A stretch of DNA of 64,000 nt. Origin: the human T2T-CHM13v2.0 reference genome, Homo sapiens. The notes below the pieces were generated by a model. The model was not told where the DNA came from, did no database searches, and was given only the letters and a program-made list of their open reading frames with translations. Location: the NCBI RefSeq assembly GCF_009914755.1, contig NC_060937.1; one strand, 5' to 3'. Position numbers and translations under genes: made by a program. Shown here piece by piece: positions 12,801 through 27,314 of this stretch (positions are counted from its first letter, which is position 1; the number at the start of each line of letters is the position of its first letter).

Positions 12801-14426
12801 ATTTAAGGCTTTGTGAACATTCTATTTACCTAATATATGAGAAAAATGTGTAAAGGAAAACCTGTGTAAATTGAATTGGAGTTCAAACCAAGATGTAGTT
12901 GTCAATTATAATAAGACTGTGAGTGCTATATGACCTTAGCTTGCAGCAATGAGCAGCTCTTACAGTGACTCTAGAAGAAAGACGATAAAACAAATCATTA
13001 TCTTTCACAAATATCAGGTTATAATATTAGTGCAGATCAAGATCTCTGAATAGCATAGGGAAAATGTGCATTTTAATGAATATTGCTCTATGATAATCTT
13101 TGTAGGCATGGATGTTGATTGACAACTAAATAACAAGCACATTATATTGTATATTGCCTTATTTTACCATAACTGCAAAAGATAGAAAATGTGGTATTAA
13201 ATTTGTTCAAACACAGAAACAACAAAGGAATAAAACACATTATTCAGAAAGAAATTGATGGTAATTTGAAGTTCATTTTCTTTCTTTCTTTCTTTTTAAA
13301 ATCTCCCCTGAAGGAGGCCTTGCTAATCTTCTCAGATACAGAATAATTTGTCATCAGTTCCAATCCAAACATCAAATGAAGTACACCAAATTTAACCAGT
13401 CAGCAAGGCTACCAAGAAATGTAATGTAGTATTGGCAGAGCTGAGAGTGAGTTCTTAAATTGAGCAGAATGTAGGGAACTTCATTTGTTCCCATGGAAGA
13501 ATTGAGATTTCAGGATAAAAAAAGTCTCTGGTTTGAATCATGGGGAACAGGCAGGTCAAAAAGCTTCTTTTTTAGAAGAAGGGTTTCAGTTAAATCTTAA
13601 ATCTTCCCAAACAGAAGAAGGTTGATAAATTAATCTCAAATAATAATGTGTATTTTACCTGAAAGTTAAACATATAGCTTGTAGATTTTGATCCAACAGA
13701 GAATATATTATTTGTTGAGTTTTAGAAAGAATTCATCAGAAGCTAAATTGTATATATCCAGCAATAAAGTCAACATAAACGGCCTTTATTTAAAAATGAT
13801 CTAAAATTAACTTTGAGCATAAAAATAAAAATGTAAGAATTTGATTTTCCAGAATGATTCAACAGTTTACAGGCGAAAAGAGAAAAAATAAGAAAAAATA
13901 AGGTAGGTATGTGATCAAATTTTACAAGTAGTTTTGTTATTTTGAAAGTTGGTTTTACAAAATATTTCTCCAACAGGATGATTGCTTAGATGAATTTATT
14001 AAGGTATGTGGCCACATGCATAGAGAGTTTAAGGGAATGGTTAGATATTTTGTAATACAATGTTTTCAGAATTATCATATTTGCATAAATTAATCACACT
14101 GCCAGAGCACAACCTGAATTGTGTGCAAATAAATAAATCTATTTTGCATAATTCTTTCAAATGAAGTACTTTTTTCCTTTGGGGAATTAATGACTCTGGA
14201 TGAAAAATAGAGTTGATAACATCTATAAATGATACCAGAAAGATAAAACCATATTTATTTCCTACCTAATATCTGATTAAGTAAAAAACCCTTATTCTTG
14301 AAAATACAGTGTTATGTTTTGGAGTTTAGTTATTAAAGCTTAATTTACATACCAGAAATTCGAACGTTTATTATGAAAACAAAAATATTATAACTTAACT
14401 ATATGAATGAAAGTATTTTGACTTGA

Positions 14427-14765
<339 letters not shown>

Positions 14766-16527
14766 TGAAAGTATTTTTAAAAAAATAAATGAAATTTTCA
14801 GTGAAGTCTGTAAAGAATGATACTTTTAAACATCAGTTAAATAAAATCTATACTTTGAAAAAAACTTTATTTGAAGGCATTAAATTTATATTTAAAATGG
14901 GTTTCCTCATCCAGGCACATTTTGTAGACTATAGGATGTGTTTGAATGTTTTAAAAGGCTTTGATTGATAAATGCTGGCGTGAGGGAGTTTCCATCACAG
15001 GTGTTACACATCTGTCTCAGACAATAGCCTTTCTCTTTCTTATTTCAACTGTTTCTCGAATATTCTTTGATGCTGTATTGGTGATTTTAGCTTTGTTCTG
15101 AGATTTGTCGGTATAACTCCTAGTCATCTTTTCATTCACAGATCTGCTGTCAATTTTCTTGTTAGTATTGATGGAACCTAGTCTAATACCAATTCACTTG
15201 ATGAGGCATGGACAATAATGTCACCATTAACTGCAAGAATCAAAACATTTAAATATGAGATAGGTCACTACTGTAGAGTTTACCATTACAGGAAAGCTTT
15301 GAACATTGAGAGTGGAACATTGTCATAGATTTTCTCTACTATGGAAATTAATTCAGAAAAGAATGTTTAAGATCATTCAGAATAGTCATATTACTCAGTA
15401 CATTTTTTTAAATGAGATTTTGTTTACCTCTCTTTTTCATTTCCATTTACTTTGTCATATGAGAAAACAAGTAATTTATTTCTCTCAAAGAAATTTTATC
15501 TTTAAAATCTGGTACAACTCCATCCCTGCCCCCAGCAATCAGGCTTGATTAATAGGATGTTCTGCTAGAAAAGGCAAGACAGAGAAAATCAAACTGAATG
15601 TATTGATTTTTCCTAATTGTATACTATCTTCAAACTCTGGAACTACTTATGGTTTCTGAGTGGTCCATATCAAGCTAATTTATTATTTAATGGTAGAGGA
15701 TATGCATACTTCCAAACTGAATGAGAGTGCTGTTTTTATTCACTATTCAAAATAGTTTTGATTCATATTATTTTAAAATTTTGCAATTTATAAAATACTT
15801 TCCTATATCATTTCACTTGATTAATACTACAATCAACCACCTTTCACCTCACTGTTGCTTCAGATAATGTGCCAAGGGAAAAAAATAAGACAAAATGATG
15901 AATCTGTATTAGGCATAATATGAGAAAAAACTTAGGGCAAAATTATTTTTTTCCTCCTAGCTCTCTTTTGTTGTTTTTTAAATGTGTTTGGTTTTGCACT
16001 TTGATTTTGCCTTATGGCAATTCTTTGCTTTGGGAAATTACTTGGAACAAGAATGAGCATTAAGAAACAGCATTCATAGTATTTTCTGCCATCTGTCTCT
16101 TGACCTGAATTTAGGTGAGAAGAGGAGAGAGTAAAGGAGTCAAAGTGAACTATGTTAAATAATATGAGAAATATTTGGAGTTTGCTGCAGAAATCAATCC
16201 AGACTTCAGCATGTATTTGACTGAAGTACTCATGTGCTAATCTCTCAGGAATTTAGAGCAAAGTGGTTGGCTGGATGGTCAGTTGAAAGCAAAGAATCTC
16301 ACTTCTGGCAAAGCCCTGAGGATGTGAATCTAGCATAAGGTAAATTTATAATATCTTTATCGTTGACAGCACAGATTCCCAAATCTGGCTATTATTATCA
16401 TATTCAGTTTAGGGATAAAAAATAGTACAGTTGTAATAACATAAGTTAAAGAATATCTAGGGCTTTAACACAAAGTTTTTGTACTATACAGTGAGTTCTA
16501 GGAAGAGCGAAGCACATTTTGACAGAT

Positions 16528-16568
16528 ACACAAACACACACACACAAACACAAACATATACATACACA
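16528..16568. repeat. Imperfect (CA)n microsatellite
   Basis: ACACAAACACACACACACAAACAC. Confidence 0.8.
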
Positions 16569-17589
16569 GTCAGAAGACAAGTACTGTATAATTTTTAAAA
16601 ATATGTATGTTTTTCAAGTATTAATAGATCACATATCCATGTGTCTGACTGAGTAGTAAATATTTCAATGTCACATTTAATTAGGTGAGGGGAAAGGAAT
16701 GTAGCAGGGGTTTCAATAGGCATGATTATATTTTCAGTGGATTAACAGTGATGGCTTAAAAATTATAAATGATATGTATAACTTTCAAAACAATACATTA
16801 TTATTATCTCAGAGTAGCATATTTGTTAAACTTTAGTCAGCTAATTGCCATACAATGTGCATTTAAATGGTAATTTTGCAACGATATTATTATCTAAGGT
16901 AATGTTTATTTTTGAAGGTAAAGTGTTTCTTCACTCCTCATTCCCTTATGTCTTTCTCATAAATGTTAAAAAATGATACATATTGCACTCAATTACCTCA
17001 CTGCCTTCTAAACTGAACCCAAACCACATTTACTTTACCTATGTAGTTTTAAATTTTTATAATTTACTATAGATTGGGGAAATTTTATGTCAGTCAACCA
17101 TGAGAATATTTAAGAATAAGAACATTCCCATTACCTACTTACATTATTTTTAAAAAAGGAATCTAAGAATCTCACACTTTGAAATGGCATTTCACATTTG
17201 TGCCTCAAAATATTCCACTCACTCAGAACTTAAATAAATACAAATCACTTTATTAGGAAAGAAAATACTTTGTTGTCCAAGGGGAAATCTAATCTTTAAG
17301 TGCAGAAGCTAATGAAAATGTAATTTTTCACTCTTACAAAAGGTCTGTACAAATTACATAAAATGCCTTTATACTATATACTCTTGTATATCTTTATATC
17401 ATATATGTATGTCCATTGGACTATATAGGATAATCTACAAAGTGTAAATATGTTTTCTGTACATAAGCATAAACACAGAGACACACTCACCCTTAAAAAT
17501 CTAAATGATCTATTTTATGAACCTCCAGCCTAGAATTCTTTTCTTTTCTGTTTTCTAATTTATTATTTTTCTTTAAATGTTAGTGCATA

Positions 17590-18808
17590 CCAGTGGTATT
17601 GTCATTCTCAGTCTCATTTCACTCTATCTTATCTTCCTGAGGCATCTCTGTTACTTAGAACTACCAAGCTCTCTTCCAGGACTACTGTATCAGAATCTCT
17701 GGGTGAGATGTTCTTGAATTCTGCATGTTTAATAAGCACTGTAGGTGATTCTCATTCAGACCTCCTAGGAAGATACCTATAAAATTTCTGTTGTAGATGC
17801 TGATGACACTATGTCCCAAACTCCATTCTCAATGTATCTTAAAAAATTTGGACTCACACATAGAGGAGCTGACTGCAGTCCTTCAGGATTATCTCAGAGA
17901 TACCACAAATCCTTAACAAGTACACATCATATCATTCCCTGCGTTAGGTTCGTTTTGTGGATTTTCTAAAGTAGGCGTCAATAAGAACACCTCTACTCTC
18001 CCCAGACTAGAAAACTAAAATTCATCCACGGTTTAGCACTCTTCTCTCACATTTTAACAATTTGTCATTGGTATGAAATGCTAAATACTTCCTGAATCAG
18101 TTTCCTCATACTATCTCGACCGCCACAGTCCCATTCAAGATGACTGTATTTCAACTGCTTTTACCCTGCATTCCCATCTACCGTCAGTTTTATTCCTTTC
18201 ATATCCACCTTGTCAATAACTACCAAAGTACTCACCTTAAATCCAAAATAATATTATATTTTTGATGTTCATTAAAATTCTTTATTTTCCTTCTGTCTTT
18301 CCATTATATATTTGTATAATAAAATCCCTCATGATCTACCTCCACTGTTCTACATTGTCATTACATGCCATTCATCTCATTCTCCTGCTAGACAATATTG
18401 GTCTTAATTCTTTGCAAATAGCATGAAGGTAAAATTTGAAATTATTCATTTTTCCATGTTTTTGCTTAGGCTAGCTTGAAATGTCCCCATCTGTCAGCAT
18501 TGCTTCTCCTTTGACCTCTGTAATTCTTATTCAGGCTTTCAAATTCTGTTCTAATGACAATGTCTTCAGTAAACTTTGAGCTCTTCCCCTAGGATTTTAA
18601 GTACTCGTGTTCTTTGTACTTTCAACATGCTGTTATCTCTGTGTCTTTACATGTACTTAGTTTTATATGCTTCATCTGTCTGTGCCACTCTCTATCCTGG
18701 TGTGTTCATGTTCTATGACTTTACTTATCTATCTATTTTTCTTGAATACCAGCAGAACATCTCCATATAAGAGATTCTCAATAAATAATGGAAGAATGAA
18801 TGAATGAA
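17590..18808 (+). mobile_element. L2 3' portion
   Basis: Pyrimidine-rich degenerate body ending CTCAATAAATA..GGAAGAATGAATGAATGAA, the L2 terminal repeat. Confidence 0.7.
17650..17770. mobile_element. MER5-like hAT-Charlie MITE inside L2
   Basis: CTACTGTATCAGAATCTCTGGG...TCTGCATGTTTAATAAGCAC...AGGTGATTCT resembles the MER5 core. Confidence 0.65.
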
Positions 18809-19321
18809 AAGTGTTTGTGGGTTTAAACACTATGAGAAATAATATCGTTACTTGTTGATAAATTTTTGTTTAGAAGCTTGCTATGGAAATTTTAGTTTGT
18901 ATTACCAAAAGGAGAAGAGTAATCAGAAACTGAGCCATGTGTAGTTTTTTTTTTGTTTGTTTGTTTTTTTTTTTCTGACAGAAAGCTAGTTACATCCATT
19001 TCTCCTGGAAATGATATTCTCTCTCTTAGTTTAGGTACATTTAGAGTATTCTGGTTTATTATAACCTGTATTTTCTTTCCTCTTTCTGTTGTAAGTCTTT
19101 TACATTTTCATAAAAGGGCAAATCTTTAGCATCTTCAGCATTAAATATTTATTTTATAGGACTTCCTACAATCACAAATAAATGTGTTTTTACATCTTAT
19201 AAAATGAGTTGATTATTTAAAATTCTTTATATTGTTTATGCTCATAATCTGACAAAATGCTATTGAAACTGAATAACTGTGATTTTAAAAGGAACATATC
19301 TCTTTTTTACTTTAAGTGATC

Positions 19322-20161
19322 TTCTTTTTTTATTTATTATTATTATATACTTTAAGTTTTAGGGTACATGTGCACAATGTGCAGGTTAGTTACATATGTA
19401 TACATGTGACATGCTGGTGCGCTGCACCCACTAACTCGTCATCCAGCATTAGGTATATCTCCCAATGCTATCCCTCCCCCCTCCCCTCACCCCACAACAG
19501 TCCCCAGAGTGTGATGTTCCCCTTCCTGTGTCCATGTGTTCTCATTGTTCAATTCCCACCTATGAGTGAGAATATGCGGTGTTTGGTTTTTTGTTCTTGC
19601 GATAGTTTACTGAGAATGATGATTTCCAATTTCATCCATGTCCCTACAAAGGACATGAACTCATCATTTTTATGGCTGCATAGTGTATATGCGCCACATT
19701 TTCTTAATCCATTCTATCATTGTTGGACATTTGGGTTGGTTCGAAGTCTTTGCTATTGTGAATAGTGCCACAATAAACATACATGTGCATGTGTCTTTAT
19801 AGCAGCATGATTTATAATCCTTTGGGTATGTACCCAGTAATGGGATGGCTGGGTCAAATGGTATTTCTAGTTCTAGATCCCTGAGGAATCACCACACTGA
19901 CTTCCACAATGGTTGAACTAGTTTACAGTCCCACCAACAGTGTAAAAGTGTTCCTATTTCTCCACATCCTCTCCAGCACCTGTTGTTTCCTGACTTTTTA
20001 ATGATTGCCATTCTAACTGGTGTGAGATGATATCTCATTGTGGTTTTGATTTGCATTTCTCTGATGGCCAGTGATGGTGAGCATTTTTTCATGTGTCTTT
20101 TGGCTGCATAAATGTCTTCTTTTGAGAAGTGTCTGTTCATGTCCTTCACCCACTTTTTGAT
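19322..20161 (-). mobile_element. 5'-truncated L1PA (L1PA3-like), about 0.84 kb
   Basis: Antisense polyA, 3'UTR and ORF2 C-terminus ([30 protein letters not shown]); TSD TGATCTTCTTT at 19317-19327 and 20158-20168. Confidence 0.97.
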
Positions 20162-20412
20162 CTTCTTTAAGGAAAATGTAATGTCCTTGGAAAATTATTA
20201 GTAAGAAATCTATCATGCAATCACTACATTGTTTTAATTCACTTTGTTCTCTAAAATATTGTTGTAATTTTGAGATCTTCTAAAACTAATAAGTTTTAAA
20301 TTATTGGCATTATGTGGATCCATTTTTAAAATTAAAATAACCTAATTCTAGTATCTGTGATATCTAAAATGGACTAAGATTTTTAGAACAGCCATCAAGA
20401 AATGATGATTTT

Positions 20413-21139
20413 CATACGTGTGCATGTGTCTTTATAGCAGCAAGATTTATATTCCTTTGGGTATATACCCAGTAATGGGATGGCTGGGTCAAATGGTATT
20501 TCTAGTTCTAGATCCCTGAGGAATCGCCACACTGACTTCCACAATGGTTGAACTAGTTTACAGTCCCACCAGCAGTGTAAAAGTGTTCCTATTTCTCCAC
20601 ATCCTCGCCAGCACCTGTTGTTTCCTGACATTTTAATGATTGCCATTCTAACTGGTGTGAGATGGTATCTCATTGTGGTTTTGATTTGCATTTCTCTGAT
20701 GGCCAGGGATGATGAGCTGGAACCAACCCAAATGTCCAACAATGATAGACTGGATTAAGAAAATGTGGCACATATACACCATGGAATACTATGCAGCCAT
20801 AAAAAATGATGAGTTCATGTCCTTTGTAGGGACATGGATGAAATTGGAAATCATCATTCTCAGTAAACTATCGCAAGAACAAAAAACCAAACACCGCATA
20901 TTCTCACTCATAGGTGGGAATTGAACAATGAGATCACATGGACACAGGAAGGGGAATATCACACTCTGGGGACCGTGGTGGGGTTGGGGGAGGGGGGAGG
21001 GATAGCATTGGGAGATATACCTAATGCTAGATGACGAGTTAGTGGGTGCAGTGCACCAGCATGGCACATGTATACATATGTAACTAACCTGCACAATGTG
21101 CACATGTACCCTAAAACTTAAAGTATAATAAAAAAAAAA
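20413..21139 (+). mobile_element. 5'-truncated, 5'-inverted L1 (L1PA2-like)
   Basis: Antisense segment 20413-20717 joined to sense segment 20718-polyA; perfect 18-bp TSD AAGAAATGATGATTTTCA at 20397-20414 and 21138-21155; GAG rather than ACA at the Ta-diagnostic site. Confidence 0.97.
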
Positions 21140-22107
21140 GAAATGATGATTTTCAGTTTATCTTTAAGTGCTCTCTCTCTCAAATATCTCATATAGTTAA
21201 TACTGAATTTGGTGGCAGTTTGGGTTCAAGACTTTGTTCTCCCACATGCTGGCTTTGTGAACTTAAACAAGTGAGGGCATCTTGTAAAATAAGATCCACA
21301 TCCATTAAAAAGGGCTGAAAAACACTGTTCTTGTTATCTTGCAGGCTTATTTTTAAAACCAAATGAATGATGTTTTTAAAAGCACTTGGTAAATAATAAA
21401 GTATTAACTGGTGCAGTATATACTTTTTGTTATAACTTTTTATTTTAAAGGGCACACATTTTTATTGTAAATGAAATCTTGGTTAGCAAGCATATATAAA
21501 ATCTGAGACTTAAAAAATCAACTCCAAGTAATTAAATTTCAACAAGGATCTTTAGAAAACAGAGACGGTGTGCTTCCAGCACAATAAACTCGGTGACAAG
21601 TAAAACTGCAAGTTATTGTATAAAATTACAGACTATCTGCTTCTGCAGTAATCCTCTTTATGGCTTCAAAGAAAAACGATAATATCAAGGTCTTGGGTGG
21701 CTCTAGGACATTGATTGCCAAACCAAACCATTCTTCCAAATATTAGTAAACTAAGGACAACCGGCTGCTGCAAGCTATTTTTCAGCCAAAAGGATTAGAT
21801 TTGTCTCTTCGATGGGTCTGACATGTGATATGGATTTCCAATGGATTGAGATTTTCCCAGTCACAGGGTGACTTTCTCCGAGTTGCTGCTTTCTGAGGGT
21901 GGAGAATGGCCCCTATTGGGGAAATAAAATTTAATATTTTGCATAGGAATGCCTTTCTCAGTAAGAAATTCTCTGTTGAGCTCACTCTCTGACAATGACA
22001 GTCTCTCAGAGATTAAACTGTACGCTTAATACATGAGAACATTTGGGATATAATAAATAGGAACATTTCCATTTCTTCTGTACAGAACTGATGCTCCAAG
22101 ATTCTTG

Positions 22108-22350
22108 TAATAACAATGATAACATTTCAACAGTGGCTGCTATGTGCCAAGCCCTGGTCTAAGCTCATTACATATATTAATGCTTCTAATTCTCACAGCA
22201 ACCATATGAAGTAACTATTATTATCATTCTAATTACAGTAGAAGAGACTGAGACATAGAAACGTTAATTAATTTGTCCAAGTTCTCACAGCCAGCAAGTG
22301 ACTGAGCAGGGATTCAAACCCAAGCAGGCTGTCTAATTCTGGAAACTGAG
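22108..22350 (-). mobile_element. MIR SINE
   Basis: Antisense core GAGACTGAGACATAGAAACGTTAATTAATTTGTCCAAG.TC.CACAGC ... GGATTCAAACCCA. Confidence 0.88.
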
Positions 22351-23512
22351 CCCAGAACTATCTTACACTCCCATACGGGGCCAGATATGATTTAAACAAA
22401 AAGAAAGAGGAAATGGTACCAGTTAAAAGCTGCACTTCCATATGTGTTTTTTTTTTCCACTTTAAGTTTTTTTTAACTAAGAGGAAGAAGAATCATATTA
22501 AATGCTCCCTACCCACATATAGTTGTGCTTTTTGGGGTACATGTAATCTAGAAAACCTTGGTGGCAAATACTTCTACAGTCCCATGCTTTGCATATATGA
22601 GGAGACCATCCTCAATTCTTCCAGTAGAGGCCAGAGATGGGCATGTACACAGTCATGCTCCAAAGTCTCTTCCTTTTATAATTAGAGGGAAAGGATATAA
22701 GATTATTTCCTATTTCCTTCTCTATCTTTCAGACCCTGTGCAAAGAAAACAAGAGAAAATATTTATAATGAAGTAAAACTGATAAAACGTGTTCAATTCA
22801 GTTTCAAAAGTGAATTTCAACTTGTTTCTCTAAAGATATCACCATTATTTGTATAAATAACACAAAGTGTATTTGCTATTTAGCCTTGTGTGAGAATTTC
22901 CATATCACTGAGGTTTAGGGAATACCACTTAGGGGAAAAAAGCAATTTTAAGGTTATCATATAAGTAATAAAGACATTTATCTGACAAGATATGCTCAAG
23001 AGACCCAAGATACAGCTGTAGAATTCCTTTTGGCTCTCTCACCCATAATTTCATGGAGCTTGGCATAATTAGCACACTTCATGAGATTTAAGTAACATTT
23101 GTTGCTTCTCTATCAGAATGCAAATTTGAGAATGATATGGATCTGCACAGGAGACAGGAACAACTGTTCTCGAGGTAATAACTTGTGCACTACTTCCAAG
23201 TGCAGAAAGAGGTGACAGATACAGCATTACTCAGGTTTTATTAGGGGTGTAACATATGTTTTATTGAAGCTACAAATGCTAAAACCAGATATGTCATAAA
23301 ATTAACTAAATGGTTTATTGTCTTTTGGAATTCTTAGTCTCCATTTTCTTAAAAACTATATGAAATAAGAGGATCTGCTATGGTTTGATGACTGTATATG
23401 TGTGTACATATGGGAATATAATCATCTAACCAATAAAATTTTTCACTAGGTCAGCAGCTTCTGTTTAGACAGGAAGAAATTATCTCAACAATAGGAAGTA
23501 ATTACTGCTGGG

Positions 23513-23558
23513 AGTGTGTGTCTCTGTGTGTGTGTGGGTGCATGTGCATGTGTGTGTA
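23513..23558. repeat. Imperfect (TG)n
   Basis: GTGTGTG..TGTGTGTGTGTG..GCATGTGCATGTGTGTG. Confidence 0.75.
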
Positions 23559-25815
23559 CACATTAAATGGCTATACTACAGTCAAGCTTTCTTACCATGG
23601 GACTCATTGTCTTCAATAATAGTTGGAAGCATTGGATATAAGAATCAATTATAGAACTGGTTTATTCCCTTGTTCTATATTCATGTAAAATGAAAGCAAC
23701 ATAACCCAAATATCCTATTATATAGAGATAGGATAGCCTGATTTATTTAGTTTCTTTTCCTAATTCTGAAATTTGTGTGAAAAAATCAGAAAAATTATGC
23801 AAATAATTCACTTCATGATAAATCTTTTGAAAGGATACTCTGATATAGGAACAAAATTGACTCTATATACTGTTTTTACTTACAAAAATTGAAAGCAAAA
23901 TAATAAATACACAAATACATTTCTTATATCTGTACAATGCATTTCTGCATTTGTATACATGTAATATGTATAAATAAGGAGGAAATGCTGGATATATTAT
24001 CTAGTGCTTCAAGTTTTGTTATTTTTTAAATTAATTTCTTTAGGCTCATTGTCCACAGTAATTCTACTGACTAGGTTTGCTCACATCTATTGCTCCATCA
24101 TCTATGACAAGAATAAATAATCATATAAAACCAGAAACATGCTACAAATCAAGTTTGCCTTCATGAGCTTGGTTTTGGCAGAACTCTGATCCAAGAGAAT
24201 GCTCCTACGCTTTTATACGCATAAAACTGTATTGAAGGCTCATTTATCCCATATGTCTCTTATTTTTATTTAACCACAGACAAATTATTTTAAGCTTTCA
24301 AGATCATTTTAGGGTACTACAGCAGTAGTTCTTTATATCAATAGTAAATTTCAAAAATAAATTATGAGAAATGTAGTGGCTAAGCTAGTATGAACGGCAT
24401 ACTGAATAAAATCAAAGTCTCATTAGCATACCACATGAAAAGAAGCTAAGAGCCCCTAAGAAGAAATGGTGCTTTTGAATTCCAAACTTTACTCTATAGA
24501 CCATATATCAAAGCATACTGAAAAGGAGAAATCTACTAGAAATAATAAGAAATGAAGTCTATGTAGAAGTCAAGCTTTCTTGCAAGTCGTCAAAGGGAAG
24601 TACACCACTACTGAAGTAAGTGAAGTAGGGGGAAAAGTGAACAGAACACATGCGGTTCCACTGGAAGTGCAGAACTTACGAAGAGATAAGAAGTTAGAAG
24701 TAGTATGTAAATGGATGCACTGCTTCCTTCATCAAGAATATCTTGTTAAGTAAAGCGAAAGAAAGTTCTAATAAACTAAACAATGAGCTGAGTGACTACG
24801 TTGCTTTACATTTTACCATAAGTTCTTTAACGGGTCATAGACTGGTAACAAAATTTGGGATGAGTAACCAGTCCAACACCATACTTTGAGTAGCCTTGCA
24901 AATATATTTCAGGTTTTAAATGATTAAACTGTAACACTAAAACAAATATTCCTTGCAGTTATAGACTGGAATTAAGGTGGAAAATAAAATATTCAACTTT
25001 AAGGGTATAAGTAAATAAAATTTTAAATAATAAATGATAATTTTAATTAATATTTATTTTCTTTGGAGATAAATAGCCATCTCATCTAATCTTGAAGCAG
25101 AATTGTTTCAAATTTATTTATCACAGGTATCCACTAAAAACAAAAGCTGAACTCAGGTAAAGTATTTCTAATGTAATATGAAATGTATCTCTTCTATCAT
25201 TTTTAAGCCAACATTTGCTTTATGTGCATATTTTAGCTATTAGTGCTAGGTCATTCCATATGAAACAACACAGTATCAAGCACTTAGTGACAATTCTAAG
25301 GAAATGTATTTTGTTACAGATATCTTAAATGGCATCTAAATTTTGAATGTGTGTAATTGTTATAACCTCTTAGAATCATTCTTGAAACATGATTGAAATC
25401 ATTCTTGAAACACTTACCAGCTGCATTCTCATTTACACAATTTTGTGTAAATGAGATACTGGTTCTCAGATATTTTTCTCCCAGTTATCACCAATATTGT
25501 TCAGATATCTGAGGTTTTTTCTGTGATACAAAGCCAAGTTCTTCTCTACAAACTTCACGTGAAAAATCAGAGGAAGAAAATTGTCTTCATTCTTATTTGT
25601 GTACCAGTCTACAAAGAACCTCTGGATTTATCTAATGATATATAAGCTATTTCCAGACAATAGAGCTTTAATATTTAACAGGCTTTTAACTCCATATTTA
25701 TGTATCACTTAAGTATCAAAAAGACAATGTTTTATTCCATATATGTAATCTTTACAATTTCATTAAAAAAGATTGATCCATCTCCAGATTAATACATGTT
25801 AGATCTTGGCTCAGG

Positions 25816-26160
<345 letters not shown>

Positions 26161-27314
26161 TAACAAAAATTGCAGTTGCAGATGAATACTTAAGAAATAC
26201 ATCCAGATGGTCTGAAAAGTCTAGAATAGTGCATGTGTGACAGTTGGCCCTTCAAGTTTCAGTGTGGATTTCTGTGATCATATAATTCTCATCTAGTCGG
26301 CCTGATAACGCTCTTGAAAAGGTTCTACCTTGCAAATTAAATTTATGGAAATTACATTGCCATTTTTCAAGATAGATTAAATGTTTGATGTTTAAAATAT
26401 CAAGTAAATGGTCTTGGAAAAGAAACTCATTGCAATGGCATGTCAGATTGATTCTAATCTACATATTTACCAGGGTTTAGTCATGTCTAGATACATATGG
26501 GGATTAGTGCCATGTCTTCCTGCCCAATCTTCAGCCTCATTATTTTTCCATAAAGGAATAAAGGATCTCTTGGGCTACATCACCTAAAGTAGACTGTAGA
26601 TGCACAAGTGTAGTTGAAAAATCATGTCTAAAGAAACACACTTTTAGAAAGGTGTCAGTGCATCACAGGGCCTGTTAGATCTTCCTGTGTTAATCCCCTG
26701 AAGTCATGAATTAATCTTAAATCAAGAAGCCTGTAAACAACAAAAGTAAGGGGAAAAAATGGTTTTTACACATTGCAGTGTGCATTTTATGCAATTTTGA
26801 AAAAACAAAGTAGTGTCAGAATTTCTGACAATTTCTGAAGCAAAAAGGTTAGAACTTTCACCTTTGGCATCTCCAGAACACAACACCCCAGGTAGCTATT
26901 AGTGCCTTTCTCATTGTCCAGCACTGTTAATAAAGATATTAGTAGTCACTGTCAAGACTAATGATGATTTCAGTGGGCGCCAACTGGTCACTCTTTACTT
27001 CTGACATTGTCATTAATAGGTAGCAGAAAGAGTAGGGAATGGAAATATTTAGGGGGTTTCCAAAATTAGATAAGATATAGTAAGAGAAAGACATATTCCT
27101 GATTTCTGCTGTGACTTATTTAGCCTTACCATTCTCGAACTCCCACTTATTCCCCTTCCAGAGTCTGTGGCTGGGTAAAAAAGTGCTACATCATTACAAC
27201 AATGGTAGAAACAGCAGATGAAATCAAAGTTTAATACTTTATTGCTTCAGTTTGATTCAACCTATATTTTTATTGACTCAAATTTAATGAAATTTTAATA
27301 ATGTTATTATTCTA

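Noticed and set aside
19316-21103. Several 67-149 aa ORFs, including the junction-spanning 20395-20742
   Set aside because: Fragments or antisense frames of truncated L1 ORF2 and 3'UTR, with no promoter
22705-22780. Strong acceptor TTCCTTCTCTATCTTTCAG
   Set aside because: Only a weak donor (GAA|GTAAAA) follows; isolated acceptors are common in T-rich DNA
25410-25620. Minus-strand donor CTG|GTAAGT with a possible acceptor near 25610
   Set aside because: Short pyrimidine tract and no other support
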